Below the pieces are notes generated by a model that searched no databases, was not told the DNA's origin, and saw nothing but the letters and a program-made list of their open reading frames with translations. Source: Alphaproteobacteria bacterium (lineage in GTDB: Bacteria; Pseudomonadota; Alphaproteobacteria; CALKHQ01). From it: a stretch of 64,000 bases of DNA. Every line of letters begins with the position of its first letter. Position 1 is the stretch's first letter. Shown piece by piece: positions 8,150 through 21,100 of the stretch. The stretch lies in the NCBI GenBank assembly GCA_965227515.1, contig CBDDFZ010000001.1:512001-576000 (forward strand), read 5' to 3'. The position numbers and the translations under genes are program-made.

Positions 8150-10075
8150 ATGACGGTTCACCACAGGTCGGTTGCGCAAGCGATCCTCAACCTGGCCTTC
8201 GACCGGCGCGCGCTGCTGCGCGGCAGCGCGGCGACCGCACTGCTGGCGCCCCTGCATCCGGCGCTGGCCCAGGACGGCGATGCAAGCCCGGGCGGCTCCG
8301 CGCCGGGCATCGACATTCACTGCCACATCTTCAACGCCGCCGACCTGCCGATCCGCGGTTTCGTGGAGAACGTCGTCTTCCAGCTCGAGGACTTCGGGCA
8401 GTGGCCGAACGAGGTGCTGCCGGAGCTGAACGACGTGCTGCCGGAGCTTCTGGAGCTGATCGTCGCCATCCTGAAGACCGGCGCCCCAAGTGCTGCTGAG
8501 GAACTGGCGCTGCTGCCGGCCCCTGAAGACGCAACCGATCCGCGCTGGAACGAGGATGCCGGCACCGGGCTGGACGACTGGAACACGGACAAGGAGCGGA
8601 TCTCGCGCGCCATGGGCGAGTATTTCGCCGCCCTGTTCACCGACATTGCCGATTCCGACATCCTGTCGCTGTTCGAGGAGCCCGACCTGAATAACCTCTT
8701 GGGGGCGGTCCAGTCCGGCCTGCAGATCCAGAGCCGCATCGTGCTGTTGCGGCGGCTGGTGGACGAGGTGCGCGAAAAACTGGCCACCGAAGGCGCGGAC
8801 ATCGACCTGGATATCGACGACCTGATCGACTTCGACGTCGATTTCGACATCGACCTGGATCTCGACCTCGACTTCGACATGGCCGCCGACCTGCTGCGCG
8901 GCAATTTCAGCGGCACCGACGAGATCGTCGATGCGATGACCGATGCGCTGCAGCAGGTGGTGGAGCACGTGCTGGACTGCGACGGCGACCTGTGCCGCGT
9001 CATCGGCTGGACCCGCCGCTTCCTGCGCTACCGCTACCAGAACGCCAACCGGCTGATCGCGCTGTATGGGGAGGACGCCAATCTGGGGCTGGTCACACCG
9101 GCCGTCGTCGACCTGTCGTACTGGCTGGCCGACGCGCCGCAGCAGGATTCGGAACTGGCGGCGCAGATCGAGGTGATGCACCGCATCTCGCTCACCCGCG
9201 ACGCGGTGAAGGTGCACGGCTTCGTGCCGTTCGACCCCTGGCGCGACATTGCGCCGGCGCGCGAGGACCGCCGCTTCGAGCCGCCCGGCCCGTCGTTCGC
9301 GATGGTGGAAACGGCGATCGCCACCCAGGGCTTCGTCGGCGTCAAGCTCTATCCGCCGATGGGCTTCCAACCCGCCGACAACCATCGCTCAGAGCGATAT
9401 CCGCGCGAGTTACGCCGCATCCGCGGCTTCGACGACAAGATGAACGCGGCCCTGGACCATCTGTTCGGCTGGTGCGCCGCCAACGGCGTGCCGGTGATGA
9501 CCCATACCGCCAACAGCCAGGCCGCCGGCGACGATTTCGGCGAACGGGCCGACCCGCGCCACTGGCTGGCGGTGTTGGAACGGCACCCGGAACTCAGGCT
9601 GAACCTGGCGCACTTCGGCAATTTCACCGCCGCGATGCACATCGACGGCCGACCCGAGGACACCTGGGAATGGACCATCGGCGCGATGATGGCCGCACCG
9701 GCCTTCCCCAACATCTATGCCGACATCAGCCATTTTGCCGAAGTCTTCAACGACCGGGTGCCGGCGACAGTGCGCAACCGCATCGCCAACCTGCTGGCCC
9801 AGTTTATCGAGGCATTCGATCCCGGACTCGACTACCTGATGTTCGGCACCGACTGGGTGATGACCGGCATCGAGCGCGGCTATCGCGGCAATGTGGACGG
9901 GGTGCGTGACCTGCTCGCGGAGATCGGCGTGGGCGCGGACGGTCAGGCAAGGGTGTTTGGCGGCAACGCGGCCCGCTTCCTCGGCCTGCAGTCCGGCGAA
10001 CAGAACCGCGGGCGGCTGGAGAAGTATTATGCCCAGCATGGCCTGGATGCCGGCTGGCTCAGCCGGTTTGGCTGA
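8150..10075 (+). CDS. Amidohydrolase_2-family metal-dependent hydrolase, probable Tat export, with an acidic insertion
   Basis: DRRALLRG signal; DIHCH, GVKLYPPMGF, MTHT, NLAHFG, YADIS, FGTDW. Confidence 0.8.
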   Translation: MTVHHRSVAQAILNLAFDRRALLRGSAATALLAPLHPALAQDGDASPGGSAPGIDIHCHIFNAADLPIRGFVENVVFQLEDFGQWPNEVLPELNDVLPELLELIVAILKTGAPSAAEELALLPAPEDATDPRWNEDAGTGLDDWNTDKERISRAMGEYFAALFTDIADSDILSLFEEPDLNNLLGAVQSGLQIQSRIVLLRRLVDEVREKLATEGADIDLDIDDLIDFDVDFDIDLDLDLDFDMAADLLRGNFSGTDEIVDAMTDALQQVVEHVLDCDGDLCRVIGWTRRFLRYRYQNANRLIALYGEDANLGLVTPAVVDLSYWLADAPQQDSELAAQIEVMHRISLTRDAVKVHGFVPFDPWRDIAPAREDRRFEPPGPSFAMVETAIATQGFVGVKLYPPMGFQPADNHRSERYPRELRRIRGFDDKMNAALDHLFGWCAANGVPVMTHTANSQAAGDDFGERADPRHWLAVLERHPELRLNLAHFGNFTAAMHIDGRPEDTWEWTIGAMMAAPAFPNIYADISHFAEVFNDRVPATVRNRIANLLAQFIEAFDPGLDYLMFGTDWVMTGIERGYRGNVDGVRDLLAEIGVGADGQARVFGGNAARFLGLQSGEQNRGRLEKYYAQHGLDAGWLSRFG

Positions 10076-10120
10076 TCGGCGTTACTCTTGCCATGAGAGA
10101 GCAGTGGCAAATGAACCAAT

Positions 10121-10309
10121 ACCATCGTCGCCCTCGCCCTTGTGGCGAGGGCCCATCCGAATGCATGGTTGATTGCGTCCGCTTGCCACTGATTGTCGAT
10201 GCAGCAATGCTTGCGATTGCAACCGCCGCACCGTTCCGTGAGTTCCACTTGAGCCTTTGGCGTGCAGGACAAAAATGGGTCCTCGGGACAAGCCCGAGGA
10301 CGACGATGT
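10121..10309. repeat. REP-doublet (REPIN-like) element, CGTC..CCTCG-hairpin family
   Basis: Arms ACCATCGTCGCCCTCGCCCTTGTGGCGAGGGCCCAT and ATGGGTCCTCGGGACAAGCCCGAGGACGACGATGT; inverted relative at 46410-46594. Confidence 0.8.
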
Positions 10310-10354
10310 CGCGATATTGAGGGTGACATAGGCGAGTTCGTAACCGACAGCCCC

Positions 10355-11467
10355 CTACCGCGCCGGACCGACCGAGAGATAGTAGAACGGGCCCGGCGGG
10401 CCGATGAACACGAAGTACAATGGGAAAAAGAACGGGCACCCACTGGCGATCCAGTCGCCGAGCGCGTCGCGCGTCTCCGGTCCGATGCCGGCGGGTGGGT
10501 GATCCTCGTGGCCCAGTTCGGTGATCGTGATGCTGCCGAAATAGCCCAGGCGGAACATGGCGTTGCGCCATTCATAGCCGCCAACATGGCCGTCCGCGGC
10601 GGCCGTGGAGATCAAGTCCCAGGCCGCATCGACGTCCCCGCTTCTGCACGCCGCAACGATCTCGCCGGTCGGCGCCACTATGCTGTTGTCCGGGATCGCC
10701 CGGGCACGCTGGAAGACGGCGGTCGCGTCGTCATATTGCTCCGCGATGATCAGAACGGTGCCTAGCAGCTGCTCCGGCCCCATTATCGGCACCAATGGGT
10801 CGAGCGCGTAGGCCTCGGCAGCAGCGCCATCCTCCTCAAGCAGCGCGATGGCACGCTCCAGGTGGCCGAGCGCGGCTTCGGTCTCGCCCAGGCTCGCCTC
10901 TGCAAAGCCAAGCACCGTGAGTTGCGCAATGTCATCGGGCGCCGCATCGAGCGCCGCCCGCAGGTCGTCGCGCGCCGTTTCAAATTCGCCTTGCGAGGCG
11001 GCGCGCTGCACCAACAGCAGGCGGCCGCGCTCGCCGCGCGCCACCGCGTCGTCCGGCTGCAACCGGATCAGGTTGTCGAGCGCGGTGCGCCGCTCTTCGG
11101 TATCTGTGGTCAGGTTCGCAATGCCACGCCAGGCCGCGGCGAGATCGGGGTCTGCCTCGACCGCATCGCGATAGGGGTGAAGCGCGCGCCCCGGCGACTC
11201 GCCGCGGGTGAACCAGCCGGCGTAGGCCATATGCCACTGCGCCAGTTCCGCCCCTTCGTATTCGCCTGACTCGATCAGTTGCCGGCAGGCAGCGCGGGAC
11301 TCGTTGATGTCGGCGCCCTCGGGATCGGCAAGACAGAGGTCTCGCAAGGCCGAGTCGTCGGCCATCAGCACGATCACCACCACGGCGACGATCGCAGCCA
11401 CGGCCAGCCCACCGGCGGCGAGCAAAAGGCGACGCTTGTTTCCGGGCGGGTTACCAGGCGGGCTCAT
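10355..11467 (-). CDS. Membrane-anchored tetratricopeptide-repeat protein
   Basis: N-terminal hydrophobic anchor; repeated TPR-like helices (AVEADPDLAAAW, LIRLQPDDAVAR, ALDAAPDD..LGETEAALGHLERAIAL). Confidence 0.7.
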   Translation of the reverse strand: MSPPGNPPGNKRRLLLAAGGLAVAAIVAVVVIVLMADDSALRDLCLADPEGADINESRAACRQLIESGEYEGAELAQWHMAYAGWFTRGESPGRALHPYRDAVEADPDLAAAWRGIANLTTDTEERRTALDNLIRLQPDDAVARGERGRLLLVQRAASQGEFETARDDLRAALDAAPDDIAQLTVLGFAEASLGETEAALGHLERAIALLEEDGAAAEAYALDPLVPIMGPEQLLGTVLIIAEQYDDATAVFQRARAIPDNSIVAPTGEIVAACRSGDVDAAWDLISTAAADGHVGGYEWRNAMFRLGYFGSITITELGHEDHPPAGIGPETRDALGDWIASGCPFFFPLYFVFIGPPGPFYYLSVGPAR

Positions 11468-11561
11468 TGATGGTCGGCCTCCCTCGTCCGCATGCTAGCC
11501 AGACCGAATTGAATGTCCATGCCACAGGCCCCCTATTGACAACCGGCATTGTGGCGAGATT

Positions 11562-11582
11562 ATAGTTGTATGTTACAACTAT
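11562..11582. promoter_or_regulatory. Palindromic operator upstream of the MarR-GNAT gene
   Basis: Perfect AT-rich inverted repeat ATAGTTGTA-tgt-TACAACTAT, 13 nt before the GTG start; TTGACA at 11536-11541. Confidence 0.65.
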
Positions 11583-11595
11583 TTGGGACCGAGCA

Positions 11596-12588
11596 GTGAC
11601 CACGGCGCAAGACCGGGACCAGATCGACCGCATTCGCAGCGCATCCAGGCTGCTGGTGCGCGAGTTGGGGTTCATGCGCCCGACCCTGGCCGACACCGAA
11701 TTCTCTGCCTCGTCGGTGCACGCGCTGATCGAGATCGGCGGCGGGCGGGCAAACACTGCGACGATGCTGTGCGACCGGCTGCTGCTGGAAAAGTCGTCGA
11801 TCAGCCGCCTGCTCAAGCGTCTGCAAGCGGAAGGCTTGGTCGCAGGGGTGCGGGATGCCGAGGATGGTCGCAGCAAGCGGCTGCGATTGACGCCGTCCGG
11901 CGCCCGGGTCCTCGAACGCATCCATGCTTTCGCCCGCGACCAGGTTGCCGGCGCCACCCAGCCCCTGCCTGCCGACATGGTCGACGGGATCGAACGCAGC
12001 CTTCGTGCGTACGCGTACGCGCTGAAAGCCGCCCGAACCGGCGATACGCGACCCAGGGAATCGCCGGCATGTCGTATCGAGGCGGGCTACCGGCCTGGCC
12101 TGATCGGCAGGCTGGTGGCGATGCAGACCGAGTACTACGCTGGCACGGTCTCGTTCGGCCGCGCGTTCGAAGCCAAGGTCGCGACCGAGATGGCCGCGTT
12201 CATGGAGCGCGCCGACCGGCCGATGAACCGGACCTGGGCCGCCCTGTCCGGCACCGATGACGAGATCGTCGGCGGCATCTCCATTGATGGCGAAGACCTG
12301 GACGGCGAAGACGGGGACGGCAGCGTCGCGCACCTGCGCTGGTTCATCACCGGCGACGCTGTCCGGGGCAAGGGCGTCGGCCGCGACCTGCTCGGCACAG
12401 CCATGGCCTTTGTCGACGACCGCGGGTTCGCGGAAACCCGGCTGTGGACCTTCGACGGGCTTGCCGCCGCACGCCGGCTCTACGAACAGGTGGGGTTTGT
12501 GCTGGTCGAGGAACAGGCCGGCGCGCAATGGGGCCGCGAAGTCCTGGAACAGCAGTTCGTGCGCCGCCGGCCAGCAGCAACTCGGTGA
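11596..12588 (+). CDS. Bifunctional MarR HTH / GNAT acetyltransferase
   Basis: IRSASRLLVRELG, LEKSSISR, DGRSKRLRLT; C-terminal AHLRWFI..RGKGVG..LWTFDGLAAARRLYEQVGF. Confidence 0.88.
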   Translation: MTTAQDRDQIDRIRSASRLLVRELGFMRPTLADTEFSASSVHALIEIGGGRANTATMLCDRLLLEKSSISRLLKRLQAEGLVAGVRDAEDGRSKRLRLTPSGARVLERIHAFARDQVAGATQPLPADMVDGIERSLRAYAYALKAARTGDTRPRESPACRIEAGYRPGLIGRLVAMQTEYYAGTVSFGRAFEAKVATEMAAFMERADRPMNRTWAALSGTDDEIVGGISIDGEDLDGEDGDGSVAHLRWFITGDAVRGKGVGRDLLGTAMAFVDDRGFAETRLWTFDGLAAARRLYEQVGFVLVEEQAGAQWGREVLEQQFVRRRPAATR

Positions 12589-12589
12589 G

Positions 12590-13372
12590 CTAACGGCCCA
12601 GGAATGTCGCCCCAACTGGCACGCCGAGCTCTTCCAGCGCGGCAAGAAACGTTGCGTTCAGGCGGACCGCCAGATTGCTCCGGTCGCAGACATTGCTGCC
12701 GCCGGGCAGGCTGTGCCGGGCGTGCACCGCGACCACGAAACGCCGGGTGCCGATGGCGACGTGGAGCGGCGCACCGGACGCGCCGACGTCGCTGTCGCAA
12801 TCGTGGATGATCACGCCGGCGGTGTACGTGTCTTCCAGGCAGGGCGGCGGGATAGTGCACCCAGCCTGCACGTACGGCTGACGGTCGAGATCGGCGTGGT
12901 AGCCGGCCAGCACCAGGCGGTCGGCGATGCCGGGCAGCGCGGCGTCGGCAATGGGCCAGGGCACGAACGGCACGCAACCGGGCACCGGCGCCGCCAGCCG
13001 CATCACTGCCCAGTCGTCGGCGTCGTCATGACTGGCGCCGGTCGCCACCGACCCGGCGATGACTTGGATGGACGCGCCACCGGCGGCGGGAATGAACTCC
13101 ATGCGGTCGGCATAGGGCGTGCCGTCGGGGTGGGCGACCGTGTGGCGCGCGGTCGCCAGCACGTCGCACGCGCCGATCAGAAAAGCCGTGCTGCCGACTT
13201 CGCCCTCGGGATAGAGGATGCCGAGCGCCGACATCAGCGCGGTATCGCCGCTGTCCGCCGGCACCCGGTCGTCGGGGCCGATCACATCGACCGGTAGCGC
13301 CGGCGGGCCGGAGACATCAGGTGCGATGAGCAGGAACCAGCCAAGCGGCAGCAGGGCCGCCGCGGCAATCAC
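12590..13372 (-). CDS. Trypsin-like serine protease, exported
   Basis: VIGPDDR, catalytic triad TARH / DWA / DCDSDVGASGAP; N-terminal hydrophobic segment. Confidence 0.8.
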   Translation of the reverse strand: MIAAAALLPLGWFLLIAPDVSGPPALPVDVIGPDDRVPADSGDTALMSALGILYPEGEVGSTAFLIGACDVLATARHTVAHPDGTPYADRMEFIPAAGGASIQVIAGSVATGASHDDADDWAVMRLAAPVPGCVPFVPWPIADAALPGIADRLVLAGYHADLDRQPYVQAGCTIPPPCLEDTYTAGVIIHDCDSDVGASGAPLHVAIGTRRFVVAVHARHSLPGGSNVCDRSNLAVRLNATFLAALEELGVPVGATFLGR

Positions 13373-13731
13373 GACTGTGGCCGGCGCAGGCGGCGATAAC
13401 GCGTGACGGCAATGGCGAGGCCACCGGTGAACACCAGCACGCCGATGACGGTCGGCAACCAGAGCGTCGCCGACGCCTCCGGCTCGTCCTGCAGGTCGCT
13501 GGCGAAGTACGCGCCGGCAATGGCAAACACCAGGCCGACCAGCATGATCATGAACGGGGTCGAGCCGATGGCGTAGAGCACCAGCAACGGGTTACGTGAC
13601 TGGCCGGCGTGGACCGCATCCAGCTTGGCCTGCAGGCCTTCGCCCTTCTCCAGCACGGATTCGGCGAGATCGCGCATTTGCGGGTCGAGCTTGTCGAGCT
13701 CGCGCCGCAGCTTGGGGTCGGTTTCCTGCAT
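13369..13731 (-). CDS. Hypothetical membrane protein (2 TM)
   Basis: Coiled N-terminus and two hydrophobic helices; overlaps the next gene by 4 nt. Confidence 0.6.
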   Translation of the reverse strand: MQETDPKLRRELDKLDPQMRDLAESVLEKGEGLQAKLDAVHAGQSRNPLLVLYAIGSTPFMIMLVGLVFAIAGAYFASDLQDEPEASATLWLPTVIGVLVFTGGLAIAVTRYRRLRRPQS

Positions 13732-13767
13732 CGGTCGTTCGCGCGCGGATCGGCCGAAAATGCCCGG

Positions 13768-14187
13768 CTAGGCCGCCTGCTCCGGCATGCGGAACGGGGA
13801 GATATCCGCGTCCGGGTCGTCGTCTGGCGTGAACTGGATTTCCAGATGATTGCCGTCCGGATCGTAGTGATTGACCTGGCGGACGTTGATCTCCGGCACG
13901 ATCGAGACCCAGTAGGGAATGTCGTTGGCGCGCAGCTTCTCCAGATAGGCGTTCAGGCCCTTGCACATGAAGGCCACGTGCTCCATCTGCGGCTCGCCCA
14001 CGTCCATCGGCTTGTCCATGGTCACCAGGTGCACCACGGCGCGGTCGTTGCAATAGAGCCAGGTCCCGCCCATGCCGAACGGCGGACGGTAGCCGTCGGT
14101 CAGGCCCAGGATCTTGCGGTAGAAATCCGCCATCGCCGGTTCGTTGGCGGTGCGAATGTTGATGTGGTCGAGCCACTGGATGGACAT
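13768..14187 (-). CDS. VOC/glyoxalase-family protein
   Basis: LDHINIRT..FYRKILGL..RPPF..G.WLY..EHVAF..DPDGNHLE; GGAGG before ATG 14187. Confidence 0.85.
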   Translation of the reverse strand: MSIQWLDHINIRTANEPAMADFYRKILGLTDGYRPPFGMGGTWLYCNDRAVVHLVTMDKPMDVGEPQMEHVAFMCKGLNAYLEKLRANDIPYWVSIVPEINVRQVNHYDPDGNHLEIQFTPDDDPDADISPFRMPEQAA

Positions 14188-14269
14188 GGCAACCTCCCCG
14201 AGATTTGCCGGCAGTCTACACCAGCTAATCGGCAACGCCCAGCCGTCGCGGGGCGGATATGGCGTGTGA

Positions 14270-14611
14270 TCAGGCCGGCGCGCGGGTGGTGACGCCGTTC
14301 TCGGCGAACAGGTCGCCCAGCTCGCCGGTCTGGTACATCTCGCGCACGATGTCGCAACCGCCGACGAACTCGCCCTTCACATAGAGCTGCGGAATGGTCG
14401 GCCAGTCGGAATAGGTCTTGATGCCGTTGCGGATCGAGGGGTCGCTCAGCACGTCGACGCCCTGGAACTCCACGCCCATCTCGCTGAGCACGTGCACCAC
14501 GGCCGCCGAAAAGCCGCACTGCGGGAACATCGGCGAGCCCTTCATGAAAAGCACCACCGGGTTGTCGGTGACCACTTGCTTGATGCGTTCGTGGGTCTGG
14601 TCTTCGCTCAT
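14270..14611 (-). CDS. grxD: Monothiol glutaredoxin Grx4
   Basis: FMKGSPMFPQCGFS, WPTIPQLYVKGEFVGGCDI. Confidence 0.96.
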   Translation of the reverse strand: MSEDQTHERIKQVVTDNPVVLFMKGSPMFPQCGFSAAVVHVLSEMGVEFQGVDVLSDPSIRNGIKTYSDWPTIPQLYVKGEFVGGCDIVREMYQTGELGDLFAENGVTTRAPA

Positions 14612-14657
14612 ATCGCGCCCTTCTCAGCGTCGTCGTGGGTGACAGTCCTGCCTATCA

Positions 14658-14897
14658 TCAGTCTTGTGGGGGGACCGCGGTGTGGAGTTGCAAGGCATGC
14701 AGTTGCTCGCCCATGCCGCCTTTCAGGGCCGCATAGACCATCTGGTGCTGGCGCACGCGGGTCTTGCCGCGAAACGCCGCAGAGGTGACGTGGGCTGCAT
14801 AGTGGTCGCCATCGCCGGCAAGGTCCTGGATCAGCACCTCCGCATCGGGCAGCGCTTCCTTGATCATGCGTTCGATGTCTGCTGCGGCCATGGCCAT
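14658..14897 (-). CDS. bolA: BolA-family protein
   Basis: DLAGDGDHY..F.GK.RVRQHQMVYAALKG.MG..LHAL; upstream of grxD. Confidence 0.93.
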   Translation of the reverse strand: MAMAAADIERMIKEALPDAEVLIQDLAGDGDHYAAHVTSAAFRGKTRVRQHQMVYAALKGGMGEQLHALQLHTAVPPQD

Positions 14898-14936
14898 AGC
14901 GTGCGCGATATCCCCTGTAGACGACCGCGTATGCGG

Positions 14937-17149
<2,213 letters not shown>

Positions 17150-17153
<4 letters not shown>

Positions 17154-17896
17154 GTCTCGGCTCCAGCCGTGGCCGGGGTGCCGGCCGTCTTGCCCGCCGC
17201 TTTGTCCGCCGACTTGCCGCCCGCCAGTGCCTGCAGCAGCGCCAGGCCGTCCTCGCCGCCCAGCGCCGGTTCGATCATCCGTTCCGGGTGCGGCATCATG
17301 CCGACCACATTGCGCGCCGCATTGCAGATGCCGGCGATGTTGTCGACCGAGCCGTTCGGGTTGGCCTCGCGGTGGATCTCGCCACGGCGGTCGCAATAGC
17401 GGAAGACGATGCGGTTCTCGTCGCGCAGCGTCGCCAGCGTGCGCTCGTCGGCGGTGTAGTTGCCGTCGCCGTGCGCCACCGGCATGCGCAGCACCTGGCC
17501 GGTCGAATGGGTGCAGGTGACCGGCGTCATCGCCGACTCGACCTTGATATAGATCTCGCGGCAGACGAAGCGCATCTGCGCATTGCGCAGCAGCGCGCCC
17601 GGCAACAGGCCGCATTCGACCAGCACCTGGAAGCCGTTGCAGATGCCCAGCACCGGCACGCCCTTGGCCGCGCGGTCCTTGACCTCGCGCATGATCGGGC
17701 TGGCCGCGGCCATGGCGCCGGGGCGCAGATAGTCGCCATAGGCGAACCCGCCGGGCAGGACGATGGCGTCGCAGTCGGGCAGCACGCCGTCGGCATGCCA
17801 GACCATGCGCGGCGGCACGCCGGTGATCTTCTCGATCGCGACCTTGGCGTCGCGATCGCAGTTGGAGGCGGGAAAGACGATGACGGCGACGGTCAA
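17150..17896 (-). CDS. purQ: FGAM synthase glutaminase subunit PurQ
   Basis: [41 protein letters not shown]; TTG start. Confidence 0.95.
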
Positions 17897-18141
17897 ATGG
17901 CGGACCCGGTCAAAAGATATGGGAAGCGGCGGTCGGCGCGACGCGGCCGCATCATAACGATCATCGGTCCACTGTCGCTAGTGGTTCGATTCGTCGCGGC
18001 GCACGCGATATGCGCCCCCCAACCGGCACCCATGCCCGCTTCGCGATGTTCCCGGCCGCGGTTTCGACCTATATTCCGGTGAAACAACGAAATCGGACCC
18101 GCCGCTGAGCGCCGGTCCGGCAATAACAGGCGCGGAGGACC

Positions 18142-21100
18142 ATGGCCAAAGCGGCAAAAGCCCCGGCGGCGATATCGCTGGACGACCGCTACGAGCAGCT
18201 CGACGGGCGGGTCTATCTGACCGGCACCCAGGCGCTGGTGCGCCTGCCGATGATGCAGCGCCGGCGCGACGAGGCGGCGGGCCTGAACACCGCCTGCTAC
18301 GTCTCCGGCTATCGCGGCTCGCCACTCGGCGGGCTCGACCAGCAGATGTGGCACGCCAAACAGTTCGTGGAGCGCCACCACATCAAGTTCCAGCCCGGCG
18401 TGAACGAGGACATGGCGGCGACCGCGATCTGGGGCACCCAGTCGGTCCACCTCTACGGCAAGCCGAAATACGACGGCGTGGTCGGCATCTGGTACGGCAA
18501 GGGCCCCGGCGTGGATCGAACGGGTGACGTGTTCAAGCACGCCAATCTGGCCGGCACCTCACCACATGGCGGCGTGTTGGCGCTGGCCGGCGACGACCAC
18601 ATGGCGAAGTCGTCGACCACCGCCCACCAGTCCGACTTCGCGTTCGTCGACGCCTCGATCCCGACCATGAACCCGGCCGGCGTGCAGGAGTTCATGGACC
18701 TGGGCCTCTATGGCATCGCCATGTCGCGGTTCTCCGGCCTGTGGATCGGCATGAAGTGCGTCGCCGATACCGTGGAGAGTGCCGCGTCGGTGTCGGTGGA
18801 CCCGCAGCGGGTGAACATCGTCTTGCCCGAAGACGTGCCCAACACCCCCGGCGGCCGCGGCGTGCGCTGGCCCGATGGCATGCTGGAGCAGGAGGCCCGC
18901 CTGCACGAGGTGAAGCTGCCGGCGGCGATGGCGTTCCTGCGCGCCAACAGCCTGGACCGGGTGATCTGGCGGCCGAAGGGCTCCCGGCTGGGCATCGTCA
19001 CCGCCGGCAAGTCCTATCTGGACGTGCGCCAGGCGCTGGACGAGCTGGGCGTCGACGAGGTCGACGCCGCGCGCCTGGGCATCGCGATGATGAAGATCGC
19101 CGTCACCTGGCCGATCGAGCCGAACGGCATCGCCGCGTTCGCCGACGGGCTGGACGAGATCCTGGTCGTCGAGGAGAAGCGCGGGCTGATCGAACCGCAG
19201 CTCAAGGACATTCTGTATGGCATGCCGGCCGACCGGCGGCCGCGCATCGTCGGCAAGCGCGACGAGAAGGGCCGCGACCTGTTGCCGGCGCCGGGCGAGC
19301 TGACCCCGGCGCGGATCGCGCGCACCATCGCCGCCCGCCTGAAGCGCATCGAGGACGTCGACGACCCGGAGATCGCGGCCAAGCTGAAATGGCTGGACCG
19401 TAAGGAAAAGGCGATGCAGCGCGTGACCGCGCCGCTGCAGCGCACGCCCTATTTCTGTTCCGGCTGCCCGCACAACAGCTCGACCAAGATCCCCGACGGC
19501 AGTGTCCAGCTCGCCGGCATCGGCTGCCACTACATGGTGGTGTGGACCGACCGCAACGCCAAGACCTTCAGCCAGATGGGCGGCGAGGGCATGGCCTGGT
19601 GCGGCGCCAGCGCCTTCACCGAAATCCCGCACGCCTTCGCCAATCTGGGCGACGGCACCTATTTCCACAGCGGCATCATGGCGATCCGCGCCGCCGTCGC
19701 GTCCGGCGCCAACATCACCTACAAGATCCTCTACAACGACGCGGTGGCGATGACCGGCGGCCAGCCGGTGGACGGGCCGCTTAGCGTGCCGCGGATCACC
19801 CAGCAGGTCCGCGCCGAGGGCGTCAACCGCATCGCCGTGGTCACCGACGAGCCGCAGAAATATCCGCTGGCCGCCGGTTTCGCCGAGGGCGTGACCATCC
19901 ACCACCGCGACGACCTGGACGCCGTGCAGCGCGACCTGCGCGAGGTGAAGGGATGCTCGGTGCTGGTCTACGACCAGACGTGTGCGGCGGAGAAGCGGCG
20001 CCGGCGCAAGCGCGGCACCTTCCCCGACCCGGCGCGCCGGGTGGTGATCAACGAGCGGGTGTGCGAGGGCTGCGGCGACTGTTCGGTGCAGTCGAACTGC
20101 CTGTCGGTGGTGCCGGTGGAGACCCCGTTCGGCCGCAAGCGCGCCATCGACCAGTCGTCCTGCAACAAGGACTATTCGTGCCTGAAGGGCTTCTGCCCCA
20201 GCTTCGTGACGGTGGAGGGCGGCAAGCTGCGCACGCCCAAGACCGTGAAACCGACCACCGATCCGGCCCGGCAATGGACGGCGGAGGTGCCCGAGCCCGA
20301 TCTGCCGGCGGTCGACGCGCCCTACAACATCGTCGTCACCGGCATCGGCGGCACCGGCGTCGTGACCATCGGCGCGCTGCTGGGCATGGCCGCCCACATC
20401 GACGGCAAGGGCTGCTCGGTGATGGACATGACCGGCCTGGCGCAAAAGGGCGGCGCCGTGGTCAGCCACATCCGCATCGCCGACGAGCCGGACGCGCTGC
20501 ACGCCGTGCGGATTGCCGCCGGCGGGGCCAATTTGATCCTGGGCTGCGATATGGTGGTGACCGCCGGGTTCGAGACCATGGCCAAGGCGCAGAAGGGCGT
20601 GACCCGCGCCATCGTCAACGACAAAGAGACGGTGACCGCCGATTTCACCCGCAACCCGGACCAGCCCTTCCCCGGCGACGGGCTGCGCCACACCATCGTC
20701 CAGGGTGCCGGCAAGGACGCCGCCGAGTTCGTGTCGGCGACCCGGCTGGCCACCGCCCTGCTGGGCAATTCGATCGCCACCAACCTGTTCATGCTGGGCT
20801 ATGCCTGGCAGCGCGGCCTGGTGCCGGTGAGCGCCGAGGCGCTGGAGACAGCCATCGCGCTCAATGGCGTCGCGGTGGAGGCGAACAAGCGCGCCTTCCT
20901 GTGGGGCCGGCGCGCCGCCGTGGACATGGCGGCGGTCGAGCGGGCCGCCGCACCCCTGGACGCCGAGAAGGACCGACCGAGTGCCGAGCCGGTGCCGGAC
21001 ACGCTGGAGGCGATCCGCGCGCACCGGGCGGAATTCCTGGTCGGCTACCAGAACCGGGCCTATGCCGACCGCTATACCGCACTGGTCGACAAGGTGGCCG

